DNA of 64,000 nucleotides from Patescibacteria group bacterium (GTDB taxonomy: Bacteria; Patescibacteriota; WWE3; JAUXAW01; JAYEID01): contig JAYEID010000013.1 in the NCBI GenBank assembly GCA_034659915.1, positions 10,627-74,626 of the forward strand, written 5' to 3'. Positions 36,691 to 45,432 of the stretch are shown in pieces. The translations under genes and the position numbers were made by a program. The first letter of the stretch is position 1, and the number at the start of each line of letters is the position of its first letter. Under the pieces are notes generated by a model. It searched no databases, was not told the DNA's origin, and saw nothing but the letters and a program-made list of their open reading frames with translations.

Positions 36691-36745
36691 TTGTTTACCT
36701 TAGAAATAATTTTGGAATTATTTTAGACAGAAACTCCTCTACTTT

Positions 36746-39700
36746 ATGCGGCATTATTTTGACCAAAAAAGAAGTATCTTGCCCCTTCCAGATTTAACTT
36801 CGCACCAACAGGATTCTTTTTCCTGGTTTAAGGGAGAAGGAATTGCAGAAATATTGGAAGAAATTAATCCTATTGAGGACCAAACTGGGCGTGGGTGGAA
36901 GCTTTATTTTGAAGACCCAAGGTTTGAAGAACCGGAAGTTACTGCGCAGGAAGCAATGAAACGGGGTCTTGTTTACTCCTCTCCTTGGTACTTAACTGCA
37001 AGGTTGGTTGAAGAAGAAAGTGGGAAAGAAAAGAAAAAAGACATTTTTATGGGAGATTTTCCTGAAATGACGGAACGAGGGACTTTTATTATTAATGGTG
37101 TACAGCGCGTGGTTGTGGGACAGCTTACACGTTCGGAGGGCGTACATTTTTCAGGAGAGATCGACCCTTCCACAGGTAATAATCTAACTACAGTTAAGGT
37201 GATACCCAAAAACGGTGCTTGGTTAGAATTTTCAACTTATAAAAGAGATGAGCTTGTTGTTTCTATTAATAGAAGTCGGAAATTTCCGGTAACTACGCTA
37301 CTTCGCGCTTTTGGTGTGGGCAATGATAAGGAAATGCTAGAGATTTTTGATGACGTAGATACGGATCCAAACCGCAAGTTTATTCCCACAACATTGGAGG
37401 CTGACGAAACCCCCAATTATGAAGAAGCAATTTTGGAGTTGTTTAGAAAAGTTCGCCCTGGTGAGCGGGTGATTTTGAAAAATGCTGAAGATTTGTTTAC
37501 GCAGATGTTTAGGGATCCGCAACGGTTTGATTTGGGAGCTCCAGGACGGTTTTTGCTTAACCAGCGTTTGGGACTTGATTATCCGTTGGATAATGACCGC
37601 TATCGGCTTTTGACAAAAGAGGATCTTATTCAGATTGTTAGGAGAATGATTCGGTTAAACAATGGTGAGGGTGATTATATTGATACTGATCACCTTAGTA
37701 ATAGACGAGTGAAGAGAATTGGAGAGCTAGCCCAAGCCCAACTTCGGACTGGATTCTTGCAAATGTCTAGAAATATTCAGGGAAGGATGAGTATACAGCC
37801 TCGAGGTGAGTTTCCTTCTCCAAAAAAGCTTATTTCAGCTCGCCCGGTAAGTGCTCGGATTCTTAGTTTTTATGCTTCAAGCCAATTGGCTCAGTTCCAC
37901 GATCAAAATAATCCTTTAGCCTTTCTTTCTCACCTTAGACGCCTTACAGTAAAAGGTCCCGGTGGTCTTACTCAGCGGAGTGCTTCTATTTCTGTCCGGG
38001 ATGTGCACCCCTCGCATTATGGGAGAATTTGCCCCATTGAAACTCCGGAAGGTGCCAATATTGGTTTTACTACTCACATGGCTTTGTATGCAAGAATAAA
38101 CGAACTTGGTTTTCTGGAGGCACCTTACCGGAAAGTAATTGAAGATGAAAAAGGAATGAAGGTTACGGAAGAAATTGAATACCTACCTTCTTGGGAGGAA
38201 GAAGAACACTTTATTACTAGTGCATCTGTGGATTTAGATGAGAATGGCTATATTGTGTCTGAGCGCGTTCCGTTGCGAAAAGAAGGCAGATTTTTCTCTG
38301 GTTCCAGAGAACCAGTAGAGTATATTGATGTAACACCTACCCAGTTAGTTGGAGCTGCTGCTTCTAGTGTGCCTTTTTTGTCGCACGACGATCCCAACCG
38401 GGCCTTAATGGCTTCCAATATGTCACGTCAGGCTGTTCCTCTGATTAAGCCTGAGTCTCCCATTGTTGGTACTGGATTAGAGAAAGACCTAGCGTTAAAT
38501 TCAGGTGCTATGGTTATAGCTCAAAGTAAGGGAAAGGTGATTTATGTAGACTCCAAGCAAATTAAGGTGCAGACCAAAGACGGCATTGAAGAGTACGAAC
38601 TTACCAAATTTAAAAAATCAAATAACGACACCTGTCTAAATCAGGTGCCCCGGGTTTCTGTTGGTGATAAAGTTAAAAAAGGTGACCTTCTTGCAGATGG
38701 GTCCTCAACTGACTATGGGGATTTGGCTTTGGGTACTAATTTGAAAATTGCGTATGTTTCTTTTAAAGGGCTAAACTACGAAGATGCTTTTGTTGTTTCA
38801 AGACGGTTGGTGGAAGAAGATGTTCTTACCTCTATTCATATTTCAGAATACGAAACTTCAGTTTTAGAGACCAAGTTGGGACCAGAACAGGTAACTCGGG
38901 ATATCCCAAATGTTTCAGAGGAGGCACTTCGAAACTTGGGGGAGGACGGCATTGTTGCTGTTGGTTCAGAAGTTAAATCGGGAGATATTTTGGTAGGAAA
39001 GATTGCGCCTAAAGGAGAAAGTGAACTTTCGGCAGAAGAGAGGTTGCTCCGATCTATTTTTGGTGAAAGAGCGCGGGATGTCCGGGACAATTCGTTACGA
39101 ATGCCTCACGGGGATTATGGTACAGTGGTTGGAATAAAGGTATTAACTGATGAAAATTCTGATTTGGAGCCGGGGGTGTTGCGGAAAATTCAAGTTAGAG
39201 TTGCTCAAAGAAGGAAATTAGCTGTGGGCGATAAATTAGTTGGGAAACACGGTAATAAAGGTGTAGTTGCGGCAATTTGGCCTGAGGAAGACATGCCTTA
39301 TTTGGAGGATGGTACTCCTGTTGATATTATTATGAGTTCTTGCTCGGTTATTTCTCGAATGAATACTGGTCAATTACTTGAAACTCATCTTGGTGCAGCT
39401 GGAGCCAAATTAGGTAAGAGATATGCTGTACCTCCTTTTTCTAAGTTTGATCCTGAGCAACTTCGTGCGGAGCTTGAAGCTGCTGGTCTTTCCAAAGATG
39501 GTAAACAGGTCCTTTACGATGGTTTTACAGGGGAGGCGTTTGAGCAGAAGGTAGTGGTTGGTAACTCCTATATTTTGAAATTAGAGCATTTGGTTGAGGA
39601 TAAGATACACGCCCGATCTACCGGGCCTTATGCACTTATTACTCAGCAGCCACTGGGGGGTAAGGCTCAATTTGGTGGTCAACGGTTTGGTGAGATGGAA

Positions 39701-39910
39701 GTATGGGCTTTGGAGGCGTATAGTGCTGCGGATATGTTACACGAAATGTTGACTATTAAATCTGATGATATAGTTGGACGCGGCCGTGCGTATAAGGCAT
39801 TAATTCAGGGGCAAGAAGTTCCAGAACCAACATTGCCGGAATCGTTTAAGCTTTTGGTTCGCGAGCTAAATGGTTTGGGTTTGGATATTGAAGGAGTAAA
39901 CAAAGAATAA
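36746..39910 (+). CDS. rpoB: DNA-directed RNA polymerase subunit beta
   Basis: 1054 aa with canonical RpoB motifs throughout. Confidence 0.97.
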   Translation: MRHYFDQKRSILPLPDLTSHQQDSFSWFKGEGIAEILEEINPIEDQTGRGWKLYFEDPRFEEPEVTAQEAMKRGLVYSSPWYLTARLVEEESGKEKKKDIFMGDFPEMTERGTFIINGVQRVVVGQLTRSEGVHFSGEIDPSTGNNLTTVKVIPKNGAWLEFSTYKRDELVVSINRSRKFPVTTLLRAFGVGNDKEMLEIFDDVDTDPNRKFIPTTLEADETPNYEEAILELFRKVRPGERVILKNAEDLFTQMFRDPQRFDLGAPGRFLLNQRLGLDYPLDNDRYRLLTKEDLIQIVRRMIRLNNGEGDYIDTDHLSNRRVKRIGELAQAQLRTGFLQMSRNIQGRMSIQPRGEFPSPKKLISARPVSARILSFYASSQLAQFHDQNNPLAFLSHLRRLTVKGPGGLTQRSASISVRDVHPSHYGRICPIETPEGANIGFTTHMALYARINELGFLEAPYRKVIEDEKGMKVTEEIEYLPSWEEEEHFITSASVDLDENGYIVSERVPLRKEGRFFSGSREPVEYIDVTPTQLVGAAASSVPFLSHDDPNRALMASNMSRQAVPLIKPESPIVGTGLEKDLALNSGAMVIAQSKGKVIYVDSKQIKVQTKDGIEEYELTKFKKSNNDTCLNQVPRVSVGDKVKKGDLLADGSSTDYGDLALGTNLKIAYVSFKGLNYEDAFVVSRRLVEEDVLTSIHISEYETSVLETKLGPEQVTRDIPNVSEEALRNLGEDGIVAVGSEVKSGDILVGKIAPKGESELSAEERLLRSIFGERARDVRDNSLRMPHGDYGTVVGIKVLTDENSDLEPGVLRKIQVRVAQRRKLAVGDKLVGKHGNKGVVAAIWPEEDMPYLEDGTPVDIIMSSCSVISRMNTGQLLETHLGAAGAKLGKRYAVPPFSKFDPEQLRAELEAAGLSKDGKQVLYDGFTGEAFEQKVVVGNSYILKLEHLVEDKIHARSTGPYALITQQPLGGKAQFGGQRFGEMEVWALEAYSAADMLHEMLTIKSDDIVGRGRAYKALIQGQEVPEPTLPESFKLLVRELNGLGLDIEGVNKE

Positions 39911-39972
39911 CCTTGATGGCAGAACTTTAGCAGGCACCTCGCCCGTAGAAAGTTTCCGGTTGCGGAACGCGT

Positions 39973-40144
39973 CGGTGCTACACGCTTTCAAGAGCCCTTG
40001 TACTACATAGAGTACAGGGCAGGCCGTGCTTAGGATTGAGCGCGTTTACCCCGAACCCTGCGTGGTTTGGGGCTTAGAGAAAAATTTGCTTTTAGTTTAT
40101 TGTTAATTGATAGGTTATTGTGGGCAAATTTTTCTATGCTCTTG
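39973..40144. repeat. 172-nt structured intergenic repeat, copy 1 (between rpoB and rpoC)
   Basis: 100% identical to 50854-51025; internal hairpins (CTTGTACT/AGTACAGG; CCCCGAACC/GGTTTGGGG with a G-U pair) and a long-range inverted repeat TTAGAGAAAAATTTGC / GCAAATTTTTCTATGC. Confidence 0.9.
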
Positions 40145-40227
40145 GAAACGGTACCCCCGCCGCGCTCGACTCTGTTTATTAATCGTCCTGCTGATAGCTG
40201 ACTGCGGAAAGCTGTTAGCAGATTATT

Positions 40228-43200
40228 ATGTCTAACGACTTATCACAGTTCGAAAAATTTGATGCATTAAAAATAACTTTGGCTAGTCCCCAAGAGGTTC
40301 GTTCTTGGTCTCACGGGGAGGTTACAGAGCCAGAGACTATTAATTACCGTACTTTTAGGGCGGAGAAGGATGGTTTGTTTTGTGAGAAGATTTTTGGTCC
40401 AACAAAAGATTTTGAATGCTATTGCGGTAAATACAAAAAAATTCGCTTCAAAGGTGTTATTTGTGACAAATGTGGGGTTGAGGTTACCCGGAGAAGGGTA
40501 CGCCGGGAGCGAATGGGACATATTGAACTTGCTTCCCCTTGTGGTCACGTGTGGTTCTTTGGTACTGTGCCTTCTAAAATGGCTCGGCTGTTGGGCATGC
40601 GTTCTCGTGACCTTAAAGCTGTTATTTATTACTCAAAGTATTTAATTTTGAGTGTGGACGAAGATGAGCGAGAAAAAGTAGTTTCTGTTTTGGAAAAAGA
40701 TTTGGAGAAAGAAAAGGAGCAACTTCGCGAGGAAACTGAGGCAGAGATTGAAAAGATTGAAAACCAGATTGAGGAAAGAGCAGAAGAAGCTGATAGCGAG
40801 GAGGAAAGGGAGGAAATTCTCTTTTCGGGACGGAAAGAAATTGCACAACTTCGCGATGATTTGGTTACCAAGAAAAACAATTTAGAAAAGAAGTATGATG
40901 TTCTTTCAGCCCATTTAGAAGAAATTGAACCTCTTTCTGTTATTGGTGAGGCTGAGTATCGAAGTTTGCAAAAATATTTAGATAAGTTTTCGCAGGTTGG
41001 GATTGGAGCTCCGGGAGTTAAACGGGTATTAGAAGAGTTGAATACAGAAGAAATTGCCACGGAGCTGCGAGAAAAATTAAGAGAAACTAGTTCTAAGAGT
41101 AAAAGAAAGAAATACACTAGGCGCCTTAAAGCTGTTGAGCAATTTAATCGTTCTGATGTAGAACCAGCGTGGATGATTTTGGATGTTTTGCCTGTGATTC
41201 CTCCCGAACTGCGACCAATGGTCCAATTGGAGGGGGGACGATTTGCAACTTCTGATCTAAACGACCTTTACCGGGCTGTAATAAATCGAAATAATCGGTT
41301 GAAAGAATTGCTAGAATTAGGCGCGCCCGAACTTATTTTAAAAAATGAGCGGAGAATGCTTCAGGAAGCAGTGGATGCTCTAATTGATAGCAGCCGCTCG
41401 CGTCGGCGCCGCTACCGTGGGCAGAAAAAGCTCCGTTCTCTTTCAGATCTTATAAAAGGTAAACAGGGTCGGTTTAGAAGGAATTTACTTGGTAAGCGCG
41501 TAGATTATTCAGGGCGCTCAGTTATTGTAGTTGGTCCCGAGCTCAAAATTTCCGAGTGTGGTGTTCCAAAAGAAATGGCTTTAGAGCTTTTTAAGCCTAT
41601 GGTAATTAGGGAAGTATTGGCAGAGGGGCTAGCGCCTAATGTAAAGATGGCTAAGGAATTTATTAAACAGGAGCCACCTGAAGTGTGGGATATTTTGGAG
41701 CGGGTAGTTGAGGGTTGGCCTGTTCTTCTGAATCGGGCACCCACCTTGCATCGCTTGGGAATTCTTGCCTTTTATCCAAAACTTCTAGATGGTAAAGCGT
41801 TGAGTATTCACCCTTGTGTCTGTGCCGGTTATAATGCAGACTTTGACGGCGATCAAATGGCTGTTCATGTTCCTCTTTCTAAAGAAGCAAAAAGAGAAGC
41901 AGAAGAAATTATGCTTTCGACCAAAAACCTGCTTAAGCCAGCTTCGGGCAGCCCAGTAGTATCACCTTCCAAGGATATGGTCTTGGGTCTGTATTGGTTA
42001 ACAAGAGGACAGGGAGAGTTAGCTGAGGATAAGTTTTACTACTTAGAAGAGGCAAAAGTTGCTTGGGGAGAGGGCTACCTTAAGTTAAGACAGTTAACTA
42101 GGATTGAAATTGATGGAGTAGTTAGGGAAACTACTTTGGGTCGTGCTTTAGTAAATGAGAAAATTCCTAACAGCTTGGGATACGTAAACAAGGTAATGGA
42201 TAAAGATGTAGTCAAAGATGTTTTGAATCGTTGTTTGGAAGAGGAAGGTGAGGAAAGAACCGTTCAGTTGGTGGATGATTTGAAGTCTCTTGGATTTAAG
42301 TATGCTACTGAGTCAGGTATATCTATGGGTATCTTTGATACAGATGTACCAATTGATAAGCAAGAGAAGATTGAGGAGGCTGAGGAAAAAGTAGCAGAAA
42401 TTGAACACAACTTCCGGCGCGGGCTTTTGACTGAGGGTGAGATGCGGAGGCTTTCGCAGGAAATATGGCTGGATTTGACAAACGAATTAGAAGAGCTGAC
42501 CTGGAATTCGATGCGGAAGGAAAACCCAATGCGGATCTTGATTGAATCTGGTGCGCGCGGTTCTCCCGACCAGGTTAAGCAAATTTCAGGAATGAAGGGT
42601 TTGGTTGTTGATCCTACTGGTAAGATTGTAGAGTTGCCAACCAAATCTAACTATTTTGAAGGACTTTCCGAGTTTGAATATTTTGCAGGGGCTCGTGGTG
42701 CACGTAAAGGTTTGGCTGACACAGCGCTGAAGACGGCTGATGCTGGGTACCTCACACGGCGCCTCGTGGATGTTTGTCAGGAAGTTCTTGTTCGGGAAGA
42801 GGACTGTGGTACCCGAGCAGGTTTGGAAATTTCACGTGATGATGGTGAAGAGTTTGGTAGCTTTGCTTCAAGGTTAGAAGGGCGCGTAGCTGCAGACACA
42901 GTAAAAGATTCTGATGGTAATATTCTGGCTCGGCGTAATGACTTGATAGATAAGAGAAAGGCGGAAGAAATTGCAGAACAAGGACCCGATAGTGTGTTAC
43001 TGCGGTCCCCTATGACGTGTGAAACACCGTATGGTATCTGTCAAAAGTGCTATGGTTGGGATTTGGGCTGGCGCCAATTAGTGGAGTTGGGCTCACCCGT
43101 GGGTGTTATTGCTGCTCAATCAATTGGAGAGCCTGGCACTCAGCTGACACTACGAACTTTCCACTTTGGTGGTATTGCTAAAGAGGATATTACTCGTGGG

Positions 43201-43896
43201 CTCCCCCGTGTAACTCAACTATTTGAAGCACGCACCCCTAAAGTGTTGGCAGCAATGACGGAATTTGGTGGTAAGGTGAGTATTGAGGAGTTGGAAGAGG
43301 GGACTACTGTTGTTACTGTTACTTCTGAGGAGGGTGAGGCTGAGGAGTATCGAGTACCACCTACCCGAGAGGTTAGGGTTGAAGATGGTGATGTTGTTCC
43401 TGCTGGTTATGCCCTATCCTTGGGTTATCTTGATCCTGAAGAAGTTTTGGAAACGCTTGGACTTCGGGATGCTCAGAAATATATGCTTTCCGAAATCAAG
43501 AAGGTATACGCTTCCCAGGGTGTGGATTTGGATTCAAAACATGTTGAGGTTGTACTTCGACAAATGGTTTCTCAGGTTAAGATTGTTGAGGCTGGGGATA
43601 CGAACTTATTACCTGGGGAGGTTGTATCGCGGGAGCGCCTTGCTCAAGAAAACAAAAAAGCTCGCGAGGCAGATGGTAAGAAGGCAGAGGCGCAGCAATT
43701 GATTCTTGGTATTACTAAAGTCTCGTTGAATACTGAGTCGTGGCTTTCAGCAGCATCTTTCCAGGCAACGCGAAGAGTGCTTACTGATTCAGCAGTAAAG
43801 GGGGCTACTGATGTTTTACGAGGACTTAAGGAAAATGTAATTGTTGGGAAAAAAATTCCAATTGAGCCAGAAATTTATAAGGAAGAAAAAGAATAA
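40228..43896 (+). CDS. rpoC: DNA-directed RNA polymerase subunit beta'
   Basis: 1222 aa; zinc-binding CxxC...CxxC N-terminus, NADFDGD catalytic motif, and the trigger-loop and bridge-helix regions. Confidence 0.97.
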   Translation: MSNDLSQFEKFDALKITLASPQEVRSWSHGEVTEPETINYRTFRAEKDGLFCEKIFGPTKDFECYCGKYKKIRFKGVICDKCGVEVTRRRVRRERMGHIELASPCGHVWFFGTVPSKMARLLGMRSRDLKAVIYYSKYLILSVDEDEREKVVSVLEKDLEKEKEQLREETEAEIEKIENQIEERAEEADSEEEREEILFSGRKEIAQLRDDLVTKKNNLEKKYDVLSAHLEEIEPLSVIGEAEYRSLQKYLDKFSQVGIGAPGVKRVLEELNTEEIATELREKLRETSSKSKRKKYTRRLKAVEQFNRSDVEPAWMILDVLPVIPPELRPMVQLEGGRFATSDLNDLYRAVINRNNRLKELLELGAPELILKNERRMLQEAVDALIDSSRSRRRRYRGQKKLRSLSDLIKGKQGRFRRNLLGKRVDYSGRSVIVVGPELKISECGVPKEMALELFKPMVIREVLAEGLAPNVKMAKEFIKQEPPEVWDILERVVEGWPVLLNRAPTLHRLGILAFYPKLLDGKALSIHPCVCAGYNADFDGDQMAVHVPLSKEAKREAEEIMLSTKNLLKPASGSPVVSPSKDMVLGLYWLTRGQGELAEDKFYYLEEAKVAWGEGYLKLRQLTRIEIDGVVRETTLGRALVNEKIPNSLGYVNKVMDKDVVKDVLNRCLEEEGEERTVQLVDDLKSLGFKYATESGISMGIFDTDVPIDKQEKIEEAEEKVAEIEHNFRRGLLTEGEMRRLSQEIWLDLTNELEELTWNSMRKENPMRILIESGARGSPDQVKQISGMKGLVVDPTGKIVELPTKSNYFEGLSEFEYFAGARGARKGLADTALKTADAGYLTRRLVDVCQEVLVREEDCGTRAGLEISRDDGEEFGSFASRLEGRVAADTVKDSDGNILARRNDLIDKRKAEEIAEQGPDSVLLRSPMTCETPYGICQKCYGWDLGWRQLVELGSPVGVIAAQSIGEPGTQLTLRTFHFGGIAKEDITRGLPRVTQLFEARTPKVLAAMTEFGGKVSIEELEEGTTVVTVTSEEGEAEEYRVPPTREVRVEDGDVVPAGYALSLGYLDPEEVLETLGLRDAQKYMLSEIKKVYASQGVDLDSKHVEVVLRQMVSQVKIVEAGDTNLLPGEVVSRERLAQENKKAREADGKKAEAQQLILGITKVSLNTESWLSAASFQATRRVLTDSAVKGATDVLRGLKENVIVGKKIPIEPEIYKEEKE

Positions 43897-43968
43897 AGTA
43901 GTATAAAGGATTTTGGAGAGGTACTTTTTCTTACGTACCCTTGCTAGGGTGCGTCTTTTTATGCTTTT

Positions 43969-43993
43969 TGTTATAATATAGGTAGTAACTACC
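43969..43993 (+). promoter_or_regulatory. Extended -10 promoter candidate (TGtTATAAT) plus palindrome GGTAGTAACTACC upstream of rpsL
   Basis: TG at 43969-70, TATAAT at 43972-43977; palindrome at 43981-43993; rpsL ATG at 44040. Confidence 0.4.
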
Positions 43994-44039
43994 AAATGAT
44001 AGGTTTAGATGTTTTTTATTGGCTTAAATTTGTCAAGCA

Positions 44040-44498
44040 ATGCCAACTATTCAACAACTTGTCCGAAAAGGACGCAAAAAACCAAAAAAGGAAAAGAGCA
44101 CTCCAGCGTTGGGGGATATTTATTCTTCTCTTAACAGAGAAAGGAAGGAGTTAGAGGCACCTTTTAAGAGGGGTGTAGTTTTAGACGTTCGAACAAGGGC
44201 TCCTAAGAAACCTAACTCTGCGCTTAGGAAAGTTGCTCGAGTACGCCTTTCAAATGGAAAAGAGGTCACTGCTTACATTCCGGGTGAGGGGCATAACATT
44301 ACAGAGCACGCTGTGGTTTTGGTTCGGGGTGGGCGTGTTCAGGACCTTCCTGGTATTAAATATACAATTGTTCGGGGGCATTATGATGTAGCGGGGGTGG
44401 AAGGGCGAGTAACATCGCGCTCTAAGTATGGAACAAAGGAAAGCGGGGAGATTGGTGGCGCAACTGTGACGGGGGGAGAAGAGTCTGCGGAAGTATGA
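44040..44498 (+). CDS. rpsL: 30S ribosomal protein S12 (with ~14-aa internal insertion and C-terminal extension)
   Basis: [13 protein letters not shown]...[55 protein letters not shown]. Confidence 0.95.
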   Translation: MPTIQQLVRKGRKKPKKEKSTPALGDIYSSLNRERKELEAPFKRGVVLDVRTRAPKKPNSALRKVARVRLSNGKEVTAYIPGEGHNITEHAVVLVRGGRVQDLPGIKYTIVRGHYDVAGVEGRVTSRSKYGTKESGEIGGATVTGGEESAEV

Positions 44499-44592
44499 TT
44501 TAACTAGATTGTTATCTTGCTAGCCAGTTAGCCAGCTATCTTGTTAAGTGTTAAGGAGTTAAAGGATATACAATAGATATACGGTAGATATG

Positions 44593-44670
44593 CAATTGTT
44601 CATCTATTGTTTATCGCGATTCTGATCGCAGTTTAACGGCAACTTCTGAGTTGCATTTTACGAGTGTTTA
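44593..44670 (+). ncRNA. Conserved intercistronic structured element (rpsL-rpsG), copy 1
   Basis: CAATTGT...CGCGATTCTGATCGCAGTTTAACG shared with 56461-56535; hairpin GCGAT-tctg-ATCGC and a second hairpin GCAACT-tctg-AGTTGC whose stem covaries with GCAGTT-tccg-AACTGC in copy 2. Confidence 0.5.
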
Positions 44671-44731
44671 GTGAGTTTATCTAGTAGTTAAGTTATGATT
44701 ATTTTATCGATTACCTTTTTGGCTTAAAGTC

Positions 44732-45196
44732 ATGCGTGGAAAAAAAGCAAAAAAGCGAGAAAAAGAAGAAGATTTGCTCTATAATTCTGAGCTTGTGACT
44801 CGGCTAATTAATCAGGTTATGGAAAGTGGTAAGAAAAATGTAGCAGAGGAAATAGTTTATGGGGCACTAGAACGCCTTTCTGAGGATAGGAACGAGGCGC
44901 TCAACCTTTTGGAGCAAGCTGTAAGTAATGTTGTTCCTGATGAGGAAGTTCGTTCTCGGCGGGTGGGAGGTGCAACCTATCAAGTTCCCATTCCTCTAAA
45001 GCGGGATCGGGCTGTGACCTTGGCAATTCGTTGGATAGTTGATGCAGCAAAGAAAAGGAGCGGCGAGCCGATGGTGGTGAGTCTTACTTATGAGCTCCAG
45101 GATGCTCTTCGCGGTGAAGGAACGGCAGTAAAGAAGCGAGAGCAAGTACACCGTACTGCGGACGCAAACCGTGCTTTTGCCCATTTTCGATGGTAG
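44732..45196 (+). CDS. rpsG: 30S ribosomal protein S7
   Basis: S7 family sequence; str-operon synteny. Confidence 0.95.
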   Translation: MRGKKAKKREKEEDLLYNSELVTRLINQVMESGKKNVAEEIVYGALERLSEDRNEALNLLEQAVSNVVPDEEVRSRRVGGATYQVPIPLKRDRAVTLAIRWIVDAAKKRSGEPMVVSLTYELQDALRGEGTAVKKREQVHRTADANRAFAHFRW

Positions 45197-45322
45197 TTTT
45201 CTTTTGATAAGGAACTCTGCTGCGGTGGGCAATCTTGCGCTAAAGCCTTTTCTACAGTATAATTCCTGTATACAAGGGGTCAGGTCTCCTCTATAAATAT
45301 CTGGGAGGTGTCTCTTATCAAG

Positions 45323-45350
45323 AAAACCTTTGCAAGGTTTTTATTTTTTT
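45323..45350 (+). terminator. Weak hairpin and T-run (attenuator or terminator candidate) between rpsG and fusA
   Basis: AAAACCTT-tgc-AAGGTTTT followed by TATTTTTTT. Confidence 0.3.
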
Positions 45351-45432
45351 GCTTATATTGCAAGCACGAGGTACTTTTGCCTGTTGGGTATGGTTCCAGA
45401 AAAACTGTAGGTTATTATTTTTTATTATTATT

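Noticed and set aside
45349-45432. N-terminal extensions in the six-frame track for fusA (45349), tuf (47676), rplB (51117), rpsJ (48914), rplP (53836), rpsO (6530) and rodZ-like (15911).
   Set aside because: Homology begins at internal ATGs (45433, 47691, 51186, 48938, 53851, 6824, 16031) that have RBS or leader context. The upstream parts show no homology and sometimes consist of repeat elements.
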